From an uncultured Rivularia sp. (lineage in GTDB: Bacteria > Cyanobacteriota > Cyanobacteriia > Cyanobacteriales > Nostocaceae): a stretch of DNA of 64,000 nucleotides. The stretch lies in assembly GCA_963665115.1 (NCBI GenBank), contig OY762007.1, positions 7,200,001-7,264,000 of the forward strand, given 5' to 3'. The position numbers were made by a program, and so were the translations under genes. Under the pieces are notes generated by a model, which saw only the letters and a program-made list of their open reading frames with translations, did not search any database and was not told the origin of the DNA. Positions 31,344 to 44,249 of the stretch are shown here, piece by piece. Each line of letters opens with the position of its first letter. The stretch's first letter is position 1.

Positions 31344-31997
31344 TCATCCTAATAGCTCATCAACTTCGACGCTAAAACCATTTAGCAGCCTTTGAGTATA
31401 AACAATATCTCCAGAGCCAAATATAAGCTTTTGATTTTCGGTAATTATAATAACCCAACGATTTTCGGGGAAAATTAACCAAACTTCTTCGCTACCGGAG
31501 CGTAAGTACTCGTGAGACTTGGCGATTAATTCTTCGGCTAAGTCGGCAGGAGAAGCTACTTCGGCGATTAATGGAAAACTTTGGGGAAATACTTCTAAAT
31601 CGCCAAAATGCTCTGCTAACTGCGGCGTGATATATGCAACGTCTGGCGATCGCCCTTGAATTTTTGTGCGGCAAGGTACGTGATTGTACACTTCTCCACC
31701 TTGCCCGCTGCTGTCTTTATAGCTTCTCCAATGATAGTAAAGATTCCCTAAAATCCTTCTTTGTTTGAGCGTTAAAACCCTTTGTTCGCCTAATTCTTCA
31801 TTTACCCATTCGATTTCATAGGGTTCATCAACATCTTGATATAATTCATTAATTTTATCAAAAGGTTCTGATTTATCTCCAGAGTTTTGCATCCAATCTA
31901 CTTCTAAAATATCTTCTGAAATTTCTGCATCTTTAAGTGGATTATTAATCCATTCTTCTAATGAAAAGCTGGATGGAACTGCTGTAGAATCTTTCAT
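31344..31997 (-). CDS. Uma2 family endonuclease
   Basis: RSPDVAY, LIAEVASP and EYLRSGSEEVWLIFP motifs. Confidence 0.85.
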   Translation of the reverse strand: MKDSTAVPSSFSLEEWINNPLKDAEISEDILEVDWMQNSGDKSEPFDKINELYQDVDEPYEIEWVNEELGEQRVLTLKQRRILGNLYYHWRSYKDSSGQGGEVYNHVPCRTKIQGRSPDVAYITPQLAEHFGDLEVFPQSFPLIAEVASPADLAEELIAKSHEYLRSGSEEVWLIFPENRWVIIITENQKLIFGSGDIVYTQRLLNGFSVEVDELLG

Positions 31998-32481
31998 TTA
32001 CTTATCCTCCGTCACCAATGAATATGTTTTTGTTTTTCTATAAACACACCCTACAGTCAGGAATTTTCCAAGATTTATAGCGGTTAAAAGCTAGTACTAA
32101 CTATTAAGCTTTCGTTCCGTTTTAGGCAATATTTGAAATAAATATCTACCGCTACCACTATTAATATGATACGGTTGAAAATTTGTATTACCCGGAAGAA
32201 GTTTATTTAATATCTGTGTAATTTCTCGCAGTGGATTTTTGAAACGAAACCCATCAACTTCTAATGGTTTATCAAGCAAAAAGTGGGGGTAGGGAGGGGG
32301 GAGAAGGGGAAGAGGGGGAAGAAAATAATTTTTGCTATTTACAATAAACTATCAGAATTAATGTCGTGAAGTATTAGGACTATTTTTATTATTTATAGTT
32401 CCCAACCTAAAAAAATGTAGAGACGTAGCACTGCTACGTCTCCAAAATCTGGGATACAAACGAACAATCTTCCTACTTCAC

Positions 32482-33651
32482 CTACTGCTTAATCTGACTA
32501 AATCCCCAATCCAACCAATGAGTTAAAGCTTCCATATCCTTGGATTCTACAGTCGCACCACCCCAAATCCGCAATCCTGGAGGTGCATCGCGGTAGGAAC
32601 CAATATCGTAAGCAACTTCTTCTTTCGCCATCAAGGAAACTAACTCTTTGGCTTTAGCGGCTTGTTCTTCTTTCGATAAAGATTGATACCATTTATCGGT
32701 AATCTTGAAACAGATAGAAGTGTTGGAACGAAGCGATTTATCTTCAACAAGAAAATCAATCCAGTCGGATTTAGCAACCCAATCTTCTAAAACCTGTAAA
32801 TTATTATTGGAACGCTCAATTAATTTCGATAAACCGCCGATTGATTTTGCCCATTTTAAACCATCAATTGCATCTTCAACACACAACATTGATGGTGTAT
32901 TAATCGTTGAACCTTCAAAGATTCCTTCGATAAGTTTACCGCCTTTTGTTAAGCGAAAAATCTTTGGTAAAGGTCTATCGGGAGTATAACTTTCTAATCT
33001 TTCAACTGCTCTTGGTGATAAAACAATTACACCGTGTGCGGCTTCTCCACCCATGACTTTCTGCCAGGAATAAGTCAAAACATCGATTTTCTGCCAAGGA
33101 ATTTCCATCGCAAAAGCGGCGGAAGTGGCATCGCAAATTGTTAACCCCTGACGGTTATCTTTTATCCAATCACCGTTAGGAACTTTAACGCCAGAAGTAG
33201 TACCGTTCCAGGTAAATACCACATCTCTGTCAGTGTCAACTACCGAAAGGTCAGGAATTTGCCCGTAATCGGCTTCATAAGTATTGATATCTTCGAGCTT
33301 CAACTGCTTGAGTGCATCAGTTACCCAGCCCTTACCAAAACTTTCCCAAGCTGCAACATCAACACCGCGCTGTCCTAACATAGTCCACATCGCCATTTCC
33401 ACCGCGCCGGTATCCGATGCGGGGACAATACCCAATCGATAATCGCTAGGAACTTGCAGAACTTCCTTAGATAACTGTAGGGCTTCCGCTAACTTTGCCT
33501 TACCTAACTTAGAACGGTGCGATCGCCCTATAGTTGCATCATTTAAAGCTGACAAATCCCAACCAGGACGTTTAGAACATGGCCCTGAAGAGAAATTAGG
33601 ATTTTGAGGTCGAATACTTGGCTTTTGCGCCGATTTTTGTTGTGTTTGCAT
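32482..33651 (-). CDS. serC: Phosphoserine aminotransferase (Methanosarcina/alphaproteobacterial type)
   Basis: [32 protein letters not shown] (PLP Lys) and NTPSM motifs. Confidence 0.9.
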   Translation of the reverse strand: MQTQQKSAQKPSIRPQNPNFSSGPCSKRPGWDLSALNDATIGRSHRSKLGKAKLAEALQLSKEVLQVPSDYRLGIVPASDTGAVEMAMWTMLGQRGVDVAAWESFGKGWVTDALKQLKLEDINTYEADYGQIPDLSVVDTDRDVVFTWNGTTSGVKVPNGDWIKDNRQGLTICDATSAAFAMEIPWQKIDVLTYSWQKVMGGEAAHGVIVLSPRAVERLESYTPDRPLPKIFRLTKGGKLIEGIFEGSTINTPSMLCVEDAIDGLKWAKSIGGLSKLIERSNNNLQVLEDWVAKSDWIDFLVEDKSLRSNTSICFKITDKWYQSLSKEEQAAKAKELVSLMAKEEVAYDIGSYRDAPPGLRIWGGATVESKDMEALTHWLDWGFSQIKQ

Positions 33652-34251
33652 CGATTTGGCGGGGAATATTGAACAGAAAAGTGTGATGCTAAATCGTAAT
33701 TTATTCGCTCATAATACCCGATCGTGGGTTATTTAGTGAATGAAGAATTTTTATGAATTGGGGTTGGCGGTTGGCTGATGATAAAGCACCTGGCGATTGA
33801 AATCGCGGCTACACAGGCGAAACCTGCCTCCGCAGGTTAAATTAAATAGTTGAAATCAATTTTAAGCAGTAGGTTGGGTTAGACGCACGACAATATTTAA
33901 TCATTAACCAATAATTTATATTGCGTCGTAACCCAACACCAGTATTTTTATTTCATACGCAATTGCCAACACAGAGATGAAGCGAATTGTTTCGTTAGAT
34001 GTTTAATATTTATTTTCATTTGAATTATTTCGTTGAGTTTTTCAGATTGTGTTGGGTTTCACTTTGTTCAACCCAACCTACGAACTAATAATTTAATTAC
34101 AGTCATTGCGACGTAAGGAAGCAATCTCAAGCGGATGTGAATGTCTAATGAGATATTTATCTAAAATCCGGAATATTCACGATAAGCTTGTATAAAACGT
34201 CAGTGTAATCACTTAACATTATTTTCGTATTTGTGTCTCAATTACAAAGCT

Positions 34252-36414
34252 ATGCCACCAGACTACTCCGGACAAAATCTTCGCGGACGCTCTTTTAAAG
34301 GTCAAAACCTAGCTGGTGCGAACTTTGGCCATGCAGATATTAGAAGCACAAACTTTACTGGTGCTAATCTACAGGGAGCAAACTTTACTGGTGCGAAAGC
34401 TGGGTTACAAAAGCGTTGGGCCTTGCTTCTGGTTTTGCTTTCTTGGCTACTATCAGGAGTATCAGGTTTTCTTTTGCTACTAAATGGAGTCTCACTAGCA
34501 TTTTCATCCAGCCTTTATTTTCTTGAAAGTGTTACAGGTGAAGTTTTTTTAGGCTGGATATCGCTGATTGTAACGATTATCTTATACATAATTATTATTC
34601 GCCAAGGAATAGGAATCGTATCTTTAGCCTTTACTATAGCCTCAGCCGGTGCCGGTGGAATAGTTGTGGCACTAGCCCAAGCTGAAGGTTTCACTCGCTC
34701 CAGACGAATCGCCGTAATCGCGCCTCTATCTGTAGATGATGTTTTTATCTTAGCCTTAAGCATAGCTTTTATCGTAGCCGTAGCCCTAACTTTTACAGCA
34801 GCTCTAGCCTTCACTGTAGCCTTGTCCTTCACCATAGCAGTAGCTAGAACCTCTGTCTTAGTATTAGCTGGAACTTTTGCTGCAATAGTAACCGGAACTT
34901 TTGCTGCAACAGTAGACGAAAACTTTGTCGTAGCAGTAGCTGGAACCTTCACTGCAACAGTAGCTTCCATAAGTGTTTACACAGCTTGGCGAGCTATGAA
35001 GGGAGATGAAAAATATGCTCTAATACGAAATGCAACAGTTGCTTTTGCTGCTATAGGAGGTACGAGTTTTCGCGGAGCCGATTTAACCGATGCAAATTTC
35101 ACAGATGCTCGACTCAAAAGTACAGATTTACGAAATGCTAAATTAATTCGTACCTGTTTTCACAAAACTAAGTTACTTGATAGAGTACGTCCCGGTAATT
35201 CATATTTAAAACATCCCGAAATACGCAATTTAATTTTAACCGGACAGGGACAAGATAAAAATTTTGACCGTCTTGACTTACGAGGAATTAATTTAAAGGG
35301 AGAAATTAATTTAAAAACCGTTTTGTTAGCAGATGCAAGTTTCATTGGCACAGATTTAAGCGAAGCTTGTTTGCAAGATGCGGATTTATCCAGAGCCATA
35401 TTAAAACAAACACAATTAGATAATACCGATTTTACTGGAGCAATTCTTACAGGAGCAATTATAGAAGATTGGAATATTACCCATGAAACTAACTTTCGTA
35501 ATGTAAGGTGCGAGTACGTGTATATGCGTCTCCCTACGAAAGAAAATCGTGACCCCTTACGCAAACCAGATAACAACGATGAAGTATTCACAGATGGGGA
35601 CTTCGGTGATTTTATCCAGCCAATATTTGACACTCTCGACCTTTATCATAACCAAGGCGTTGACCCCCGCGCTATAGCTATATCTTTTAAAGAATTAGCA
35701 GAAAATAATCCCGATGCGGAATTAGAAATTGTGGCGATGGAGAAAAGGGGAGAAGATAAATTTTTACTCCGCGCTAAAGCCGCACCAGAAGCCAATAAAT
35801 CTGAATTAAGCGGTCAATATTTTGAAACTTATAACGAAATTAAAGGTTTACCAGAAAGTGAAATTAAATTAGTTTTAGCAAAGCTTGATGAGAAAGTTCG
35901 CAATTTAGAAAGTAGTATCAATCAAACTTTACAACCTTCGACTTATTATTCCAACGTTTACAACATAGATAAAGTAGAAAACATGAACAGTAATCCCGGT
36001 GGAATTTCTCAAAACATGAGTGGTGGTACTATGCACGGCGGTATGCAAGCTGCTGGAGACAACAGCAATCAGCAAATGGAAACCAATGTCAATCAAGCTG
36101 ATGAGAAACAACTCACCCAAGCCGATGTTATCCAAATGCTGGCGCAAATTGAACAGTTATTAAAATCCACACCCGAATTACCGTCAGCAGATAAGGAAAA
36201 ATCGCTGAGATATTTAGGTGCAGCAAAGGAAGAAACTCAAGCAAGCGAACCGGATAAACAATTAGCAGCAGGAAATCTTAAACGCATGGCGCAAACGATA
36301 GAAACCGCTAGTAAAACGGTGGCATCTGGAAAGACTTTGTGGGGAAATATTCAACCTGTTTTGCAGGAACTTCCGGCTTATTTTGGAGTTGCGGCGAGTT
36401 TTTTTGGTTTGTAG
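34252..36414 (+). CDS. Pentapeptide-repeat membrane protein
   Basis: DYSGQNLRGRSFKGQNL start, TM block, GGTSFRGADLTDANF and further pentapeptides. Confidence 0.88.
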   Translation: MPPDYSGQNLRGRSFKGQNLAGANFGHADIRSTNFTGANLQGANFTGAKAGLQKRWALLLVLLSWLLSGVSGFLLLLNGVSLAFSSSLYFLESVTGEVFLGWISLIVTIILYIIIIRQGIGIVSLAFTIASAGAGGIVVALAQAEGFTRSRRIAVIAPLSVDDVFILALSIAFIVAVALTFTAALAFTVALSFTIAVARTSVLVLAGTFAAIVTGTFAATVDENFVVAVAGTFTATVASISVYTAWRAMKGDEKYALIRNATVAFAAIGGTSFRGADLTDANFTDARLKSTDLRNAKLIRTCFHKTKLLDRVRPGNSYLKHPEIRNLILTGQGQDKNFDRLDLRGINLKGEINLKTVLLADASFIGTDLSEACLQDADLSRAILKQTQLDNTDFTGAILTGAIIEDWNITHETNFRNVRCEYVYMRLPTKENRDPLRKPDNNDEVFTDGDFGDFIQPIFDTLDLYHNQGVDPRAIAISFKELAENNPDAELEIVAMEKRGEDKFLLRAKAAPEANKSELSGQYFETYNEIKGLPESEIKLVLAKLDEKVRNLESSINQTLQPSTYYSNVYNIDKVENMNSNPGGISQNMSGGTMHGGMQAAGDNSNQQMETNVNQADEKQLTQADVIQMLAQIEQLLKSTPELPSADKEKSLRYLGAAKEETQASEPDKQLAAGNLKRMAQTIETASKTVASGKTLWGNIQPVLQELPAYFGVAASFFGL

Positions 36415-36719
36415 AATTTATTTATCTTAATACCATTTTATGATAATTAGGACTTATGCAGGGACAACGGAAATTATATTGTTCCAAACATTCAGATCCC
36501 CCCAACCCCCCTTTTTAAGGGGGGCTTTTCGTAAGTCGCGATCGAGATACGCCTAATTTAGCCCGTGCAGACGGGCTTTGTTGCATTAGCCCCAGCCTTC
36601 CAGGCTGAGGGTGATTAAACTTACCTGTAGCAACATCAGCGCGATCGCAGCTTTTGCAGTATTGCTTATGACCAGTTTTTTGAGTTATTTCTAGGTTCGA
36701 CATCTCTAAATTTCCCAAA

Positions 36720-37502
36720 ATGACTCCTACGGTTGCCATCAAAGTTACTAATTTATCAAAAAGTTTCAAAGCAAAGCCCGCACTCGAAAAGGTATCCTGC
36801 TCCATCTTTCAAGGTGAAATGGTTGCTCTTGTCGGTGCTTCTGGTTCGGGAAAGTCTACATTATTGCGTCATTTGAATGGTTTGCACAATGGAGATTATG
36901 GAAGCGTTAATATCTTTGGTACAGCTTTACAAACCGATGGAAGAAATCATTCAAAAATTAGATATTTAAGAAGTCAGATTGGCTGCATTTTTCAGCAATT
37001 TAATTTAGTAAATCGCTTGTCTGTAATCGAAAATGTTCTGGTTGGGAATCTATCGCGATTATCGGTATTTAATTCAATATTTCATTTATTTAGTAAAGAA
37101 GAAAAACTGCAAGCACTCGCAGCACTCGAAAGAGTCGGAATCCTCGAACAAGCCTACAAACGCGCTTCCATGTTATCGGGAGGGCAACAACAAAGAGTGG
37201 CGATCGCCCGTTGTTTGGTGCAGGGTGCAAAAATCATTCTTGCTGATGAACCCATCGCTTCTTTAGATCCCGAATCTTCCCGTAAGGTGATGGAATTGTT
37301 GGTTGAATTAAATCAAGAAAGCGGAATTACGGTAGTAAGTTCATTACATCAAATCCAAGTAGTACGCAATTATTTTAACCGTGCAATTGCCCTACGAACT
37401 GGTAAAGTAATGTTTGACGGTGCAACCGTAGAACTAAATGATGCCAAACTCAAAGAAATTTATGGTGCAGCAGCAGATGAACTTGTGATGAGAGGGACAT
37501 AG
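36720..37502 (+). CDS. phnC: Phosphonate ABC transporter ATP-binding protein
   Basis: GASGSGKST, IFQQFNLVNRL, LSGGQQQRVAIAR and DEPIASLDP motifs. Confidence 0.92.
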   Translation: MTPTVAIKVTNLSKSFKAKPALEKVSCSIFQGEMVALVGASGSGKSTLLRHLNGLHNGDYGSVNIFGTALQTDGRNHSKIRYLRSQIGCIFQQFNLVNRLSVIENVLVGNLSRLSVFNSIFHLFSKEEKLQALAALERVGILEQAYKRASMLSGGQQQRVAIARCLVQGAKIILADEPIASLDPESSRKVMELLVELNQESGITVVSSLHQIQVVRNYFNRAIALRTGKVMFDGATVELNDAKLKEIYGAAADELVMRGT

Positions 37503-37563
37503 CGATATTGCGTAATTTTAGTTCTAATGATTTTTTTAATTACATAAAATACTTTCGATCCTA

Positions 37564-38580
37564 ATGAAGAGACGTTCTTTTATTCAACGTATTAGTTTGT
37601 TCGCACTGGCTTTGACAGGTACGGTGATTTTTGCTGCTTGCAGTTCATCTCAAGGTAGCAATAACAATTTAGATGTCAGCGAAATTAAGTTTGGCATTGT
37701 TTCAATGGAATCCCAAGCTAATCAAAAGCCAGCATGGGAACCATTTATCAAAGAAATGGAAAAACAAGTTGGTGTTGCTATTAAACCTTACTACGTTACT
37801 CAGTATTCCGGTGTAATAGAAGCAATGGCTGCTGGTGACGTGCAACTAGCTTGGTACGGTGGTAAATCTTACATTGAAGCTGCAAAAAGATCCAACGCTG
37901 AAGTATTTGCTCAAACTATCAACCATGATGGAACAACAGGTTACACTTCTCACCTGATTGTTAATAAAGATAATCTTATCGCTACCCAAGCCAAAGCATT
38001 AGGAGAAAACAAAGGTGATGAATATGTAATTAATAATTCTAAAAACCTCACTTTTGCATTTAACGATCCAAACTCCACCTCTGGTTTCTTAGTTCCCAGC
38101 TACTATATATTTACTAAAAATCAAGTTAATCCCAAAGAAGCCTTTAAACGTTTAATATTTGCGGGTAGTCACGAAGCAACCGCTTTAGCCGTAGCCAACA
38201 ATCAGATAGATGTTGCCACCAACAATAGCGAATCTTTATCTCGTTTAGAAGGAATCAACCCCGAAGCCCGCAAGAAAGTAGAAGTAATTTGGACATCAGA
38301 ACTTATTCCCAGCGATCCAATTGCATATCGTAAAGATTTACCAGAAGAATTAAAAACAAAAATTAAAGACTTCTTTTATAACTATAAAGATGAAAAAGTT
38401 CTCAAACCATTAAAATGGCAAGGATTTGTTGCCGCAGAAGATAAAACTTGGGACACAATTCGCGAGTTGGAAATTTCTAAGAAAAAGTCAGAAATTGAGT
38501 CAAACAAAGATTTAAGCGAAGCAGAAAAGAAAAACAAACTTGAAGAACTTGATAAACAGCTAAAGGAAGTTAATAAGTAA
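37564..38580 (+). CDS. phnD: Phosphonate ABC transporter substrate-binding lipoprotein
   Basis: Lipobox FAAC; DPNSTSGFLVP and GSHEA motifs. Confidence 0.92.
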   Translation: MKRRSFIQRISLFALALTGTVIFAACSSSQGSNNNLDVSEIKFGIVSMESQANQKPAWEPFIKEMEKQVGVAIKPYYVTQYSGVIEAMAAGDVQLAWYGGKSYIEAAKRSNAEVFAQTINHDGTTGYTSHLIVNKDNLIATQAKALGENKGDEYVINNSKNLTFAFNDPNSTSGFLVPSYYIFTKNQVNPKEAFKRLIFAGSHEATALAVANNQIDVATNNSESLSRLEGINPEARKKVEVIWTSELIPSDPIAYRKDLPEELKTKIKDFFYNYKDEKVLKPLKWQGFVAAEDKTWDTIRELEISKKKSEIESNKDLSEAEKKNKLEELDKQLKEVNK

Positions 38581-38732
38581 TTGGTAAATTGTAGTAATTA
38601 AAATTATCAGGGGTTTGTAGTTGGGCTTTAGCCCCTCCAAATCCCGAATCATGAGGCGCTAAAGCGCTACTACGAACCTTTTAAAAAGAAAAAATATACA
38701 AAATCAATTAGTTGAATTTATTTTAATTCTTA

Positions 38733-39578
38733 ATGAATCAACAAAAACCATCTGCAAATTTTCGTCGAAATATTAATCCCTCTTCTACTGTATCGGCAGT
38801 GTTAAATCAAGAAGCAAAGCTAGTTACCAATACGAGAATATTCTTTTTAATCGTTAGTATCGTAATTTTAATATTATCCGCTATCCAAAGCGAACTAAAT
38901 TTTTTATTATTTCTCGAACCCGAACGTATTAACAGAATAGCCAACTACATTCCACAATATTTTCCCCCAGACTTTACAGATTGGAAATATTATTTAGTAG
39001 ATACACTTATCACTATAGCAATGGGAATTTGGGGAACTTTATTAGCGGCTATTGCAGCAATTCCTCTTTCAATTTTGGCATCAAATAATGTTTCCCCTGT
39101 CTGGATAGTTCAACCAACGCGCCGGATTTTAGATGCGATGCGGGCTATTGACGAATTAGTATTTGCTCTGATATTTATAGTCGCCGTCGGTTTGGGACCT
39201 TTTGCAGGCGTTTTAGCGTTATTTTTACATACTGCTGGAACTTTAGGTAAACTATTTTCCGAAGCCGTAGAAGCAATCGAACCCGCTCCCGTAGAAGGAA
39301 TTCGCGCTACTGGTGCGAGTAAATTACAAGAAGTTATTTATGGCATAATTCCTCAAGTTATCCCCTTATGGACTTCCTTTACCTTGTATCGTTTTGAAGC
39401 CAATGTACGCTCTGCTTCAGTATTAGGAATTATTGGCGCTGGTGGTATTGGTTTTTCTTTATATCAAAGCTTTGGATCTTTTGAATATCAAAAAGTTTGT
39501 GCGATTTTAATTATTTTGATATTAGCAACAAGTCTGATTGATTTTGTTTCGGCAAAAGTTAGGAATTGGTTGGTTTGA
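38733..39578 (+). CDS. phnE: Phosphonate ABC transporter permease
   Basis: GLGPFAGVLAL, KLFSEAVE and YRFEANVRSA motifs. Confidence 0.92.
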   Translation: MNQQKPSANFRRNINPSSTVSAVLNQEAKLVTNTRIFFLIVSIVILILSAIQSELNFLLFLEPERINRIANYIPQYFPPDFTDWKYYLVDTLITIAMGIWGTLLAAIAAIPLSILASNNVSPVWIVQPTRRILDAMRAIDELVFALIFIVAVGLGPFAGVLALFLHTAGTLGKLFSEAVEAIEPAPVEGIRATGASKLQEVIYGIIPQVIPLWTSFTLYRFEANVRSASVLGIIGAGGIGFSLYQSFGSFEYQKVCAILIILILATSLIDFVSAKVRNWLV

Positions 39579-40099
39579 TAGCAATTTGTAAGGTTTTTAT
39601 CGCGCAATACACCGGATACATAAATATATCGATACAAATCATATGGATTGGGAGACGTAGCACTGCTACGTCTCTACATTATTAATTTGAAACTACCTAA
39701 AATCCTTATTCAGTCCTCTTTAGAGGACTTTTGCTATTAGACGATGGTTTGCAACCGTCGGCGGGTTGGGAATTTACTAAATTTTTTGTATAACTAAATA
39801 TTGGGTTAGCCTCGCTGCATCTAACCTATTAATTAACAACAATAAACCAATATCAGATGGTGCGTTACGGCATTATCCAAATGGTAGGCTTTGAATTAAA
39901 ATCTCTAGTGCCGTAAGACACCCGCGCAATTAATAAAACTCTTGTGGGATGGGCATCCTTGCCCGTCTAAATTTATAATAATTGACAGTAGTTATCAAAT
40001 AGTGCGTTACGGCATTATCAAAATGCTAACCTTAAAATAACATTTACTCGCGCTGTAACACACCCTACAATTTAATTGATAATTGATAATTGATAATTG

Positions 40100-43000
40100 T
40101 TACCTGTCAATTCCACCAATTACAAAGGCTGCCCAATAATAAGGATGATTATACAGTTTTGTATCGGCTTCCATTTGACTTGTTCTATATAATTGCGTCG
40201 CTAATTGAGCTTTCATTCTCAATCCTTCGGGGGGAAGTTGATTCAACAGGCTTTCGTACCATTTTGTTAGTTCTCCTGCTGTCAATTTTTTTAACCATTC
40301 AACGGCTTCTGCTAAGGCAATTACTGGTGTTTGAGATTGCAATCTGCGATAAAACTCGATCATCAATAAAGCGTTGGCGGTTGATTCTACTCTCCACAAG
40401 CTATTTACTACGTTACTGACTCCTTGACTTAATAAACCGCTGGTTAAACCGGCGTATTCTGTGGTGATTTTTTGCTTGTTTGCAGCAATTTCGCAGGCTG
40501 CAAGGGTAAATAAGTTGTAACGGTTGAGAGGTTTTGTACAAATTTCCTTAATCGTAATTTTGTCTTCCCCTGCTAATAAGATTTCTGATGTTGAAGGATT
40601 TACTTTAATGTCGGATGCATAACCGTAAAAGTTAAATATATTGTAGTTTCCTATTAAAGCATTTTCTACTTCCGATTTTGTTGCTTTTAATCCCTGAATG
40701 CGATGGGGATTATCAAACATTTGACTGATGGCTAAGGCTGCTAATTTAGCTGATTTAAAAGGAGGATAATCTGTTGTTTCGGGATGTTCTACACTAAGTA
40801 GTCTTAATGAAGATTTATTTACAGAGGAATTTTTCTGCTGGAGATTTAATCCTATTTGCAGGCTGGGTAAATAGCTGGTGGCGAATTTTGAGGAAAATAA
40901 TCCGTGTAAGGGGAATCGATGTAAATCGCGGTGAGGAATTAAAATCAAGTTTGTAATTCCTTGCAGTTCCTGCTCGATGCTGCTGATACTCAGTATTTCT
41001 CTGAGCCTCGCCAGCCGCTGTTCCATATTGCTACGCCAGGAATGATTAATTTTACTTTGCTTGTTCCTGGTTTCGCTGCGATAGTCGCCGTATTCTCGAT
41101 TCCAATCTTCTAACCAGTCTTCAAATTCTACTAAGCGGTTTACTGCTTCGGGTAAAGGAAACTCGTCTGGCGCTACATTCAGCATTGGTGTAAATACTGG
41201 AATGGGTTCTGGCGCGTTGGGTTTGATAATGAAGGTACGTAAACTTGATGGGCTGATGTGCCAGTAAATTGCGGCGGTTGTGGGATTGAGTAACTGTAAA
41301 ATCGAACTGTAATTTGGCGAATAAATTTGATCTGTCCAACCGTAGAGCAGCCAAGTTAAACAAGCGTTTTTACCATGTTCGGCGATTTCTAAGCCCTGGA
41401 CTATTTCACCGTACTGGATAGCAATTTCAACTGCTAGCTGTTCAAAAGCAATATTTTTGAGAGTTAATTGCTTTCTACTTTCATCGCTGCGATTTGCTTG
41501 GGTTAATAATTCTTGCAAGAAATCGGTGCTGTATTGATGCAATTCCTGGGCTTGTGTAGTTTCCGTCAAACCAACTAGAACTTTAATGAAGTGTTGCAAT
41601 ACTTCTAAATGCAGTTGGGGAAAATCATCTGCGGTAATCGTTACTAATGCTTGATTGTATTCATCTACCGCTCGATACCAGTAATCGCGGGGGTAGGAAT
41701 ATCTTTTCCCCACGTCATAGTAACAATTACCGATTGCTAAATGCAGTCTACCCCAACCTTCTGGCTGAGTGTCGTCACCAACATATTTTAAAGCTTCCAA
41801 ATAGCTAGTTAATTTACCTTCCTCACCTCGTGCATTCAAAGCGGAATTTGTGAGAGCAACGGGACTTGATAAACTCAATTCCGAATCAAAATTCTGGGAT
41901 TTCTCCGCTGCACTACCTCTACCGAGCCAAGCTTCCCAATAATCGGCTTTGATTTCCAAAGCGCGATCGTAACAAAGGATTGCTTGTTCGTATTCTTCTA
42001 AATAAAATAGCGCTACGGCTCGGTTGTACCAGGCAAGGTGGAAGTTCGGTTCAATTTCTAAAGCTTTATCGTAAGATACAACCGCTTCTTCTCTACGTCC
42101 CAAATTATCATGAGCTACAGCCCGGTTAAACCAAGTTAAGTAGAAATCTGGTCTAAGTCCTAAAGCTTTATCCCAAGAAATAATAGCTTGTGCCCATTCT
42201 CCCAATTGTCCTTGGGCTACACCTCTATCAACCCAAGCATCATGTAAAAATGGTTCGATTTCCAAAGCTTTATCGTAGGAATCAATCGCCGAAACATATT
42301 GTGCATTCCCAGATAGTGCGACACCACGATAATACCAGTTTTCCGAATCTAGAGGCTCCAATTCCAGTGACTTATCGTAACTGAAGATAGCTTCATCAAA
42401 GCGCCCTAACTTCAGTAACGCCAAACCATTACTAGACCAAGCTTCCTGGTAATTGGGTCGAATTTCAAGTGCTGTATTAAAAGAAATAATCGCATCTTCC
42501 AAAAATCCCAACTCACCTAAAGCTCTACCCCGGCTATACCATCCTTTATAAAAATCGTTTTTAATTTCAATCGCTCGATCGTAAGAGGCGATCGCACCTT
42601 CTAAATCTCCCAAGTGAAACAGCGTCAAACCTCGGTTAAACCAATATTCATGGATGTCTGGCTTGGTTTGCACCGCTTTTTCGTACAGTTCAACGGCAGC
42701 TTCCAGATTACCGGCTCTAGCTTGTGCCAGCCCTTGGTAATACCATGCTTCAGCTTGCTGTGCGACTGTATCATTATCAACAGGTATGCCATTGACAACT
42801 AAAGAGTTAGATTGTTGTTCTCCCAATCCAGAAGCAAGCTGACGAACTAAACTTGCGCTTTCATCCAACCTTACCAACAAATCGTCTACAGTTTTTGCTA
42901 CAACTGGCTTTTCAGAAACTGTTGGTTGCTCGAATATTTCTGTTTCTTCTTCAACTTCCGAGGCTAAATCTAATAAAGCATTAAAGGTTTCTAATGATTC

Positions 43001-44249
43001 TTCATCTTCACCCGAATCTTCAACAGAATCCTCAATTGGTACGAAACTTGTATTTATAGGTTCGCCAACTTCGGAATAATCTTGACTTGGTATTTCAACT
43101 GTATCCGAGGTATCCCGCTCCGGATAATCCCACACCAAATCGCTCAAATCGTTGATAAACTCTTGTTCCGAAGCATTAACAGTTTCGTCTTGGACTTCTT
43201 CTGTTTCATCCTCCCATAACAATTCTCCTAAATTGCGTACCAAATTTTGCCCAGGAGTGACTTGTTCGGGTACGGAAGGTATTTCAGGTTGTTCAACGAA
43301 ATCTTCTTCTAAATCTTCTTCGTACTCAAATACCCGTTCTTCTACACCGTGAGAAAATTCGGATACTTGTCCATTAGTACTTTCAAAGGTTACAGGTTCT
43401 TCTAACTGTTCTTCAACTAAATCTTCTTCCGACTCAAATACCTGTTCGTATAAACGATAGGATAATTCTTCTTCTAATGCTGCGTTATTAGTATTTTCAA
43501 GGGCTTCCGTTTCTTCTTCATACTCAAATACTTGTTCGTACAGAGCATCAGGAAACTGTTCTAAAGATGCCGGGATATTACTTGCAGGGACAAACGTTGT
43601 TTCAGATGGTTCGTAATCTTCCCATAATAATTCGCCAAATTCTTTAATTAACTCTTGCCCAGGAGAATCCGCTTCATAATTTGGGATCTCGAATTCACCA
43701 TCCACCGCAATTGATTCAATTATCGGTTCCTCTTCACTATCAACCCCAAATGGTTCAATAATGAATTCTTCCGATAGGGGTGAAGCGGGAGCTAGCCCTT
43801 CAGATTCGGTAGAAATCGGAATGGAATAAACTGGTTGCTGCTTTGAATTGCGAGTTAATAGCTGCACCCCAATATCGTAAGCAACATCTCCTATATCTCC
43901 AATTTCGAGTTCCCCCAACTCCACCATTCTCGAAGCCAACTCGTAATTCGGAGCCGATGAAGCTAATATTTTGTTACCAAACTGGCCCCAACCATTCCAA
44001 CCAACGCCGCTGAGAAACGCGATGTTCGATATTTTGCAGCCACCTTTGTGCCCAGTGTTGTCCTCGCGCTTGATGTACGCCCTCAAGAAGTTGGGTAAAC
44101 AAAAATTCCAGATCCGAATTCGTCAGTTCTGGTAACTCCCTAACGGCGTGCATCTCCTTCTGTTTCGTCGAAGGAGTCTGCTTACCACCAAAAATATCCT
44201 GAATAAACTTTATGAACCTCTGCACTAGCCGCCTGAGCATCTGCTGCAT
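40100..44249 (-). CDS. TPR + CHAT (caspase-like) protein with acidic linker, split by +1 frameshift near 43987
   Basis: Removing one G joins 43974..44249 to 40100..44086 (EWLGQFGNK). TPR tract; LIPHRDLHRFPLH, LAACE and HPYYWAAF CHAT motifs. Confidence 0.88.

Noticed and set aside
32097..32279. 60-aa ORF between Uma2 and serC
   Set aside because: TTG start and no recognisable motif. It could be a gene fragment but cannot be supported.
36420..36719. Pho box upstream of phnCDE and ORF 36515..36805
   Set aside because: No convincing triple PyTTAAPyPy repeat was found by eye; the ORF is antisense and repeat-derived.
36720..39578. Complete phosphonate degradation cluster
   Set aside because: Only the transporter is present; no phnG-M, phnX or ptxD in the window.
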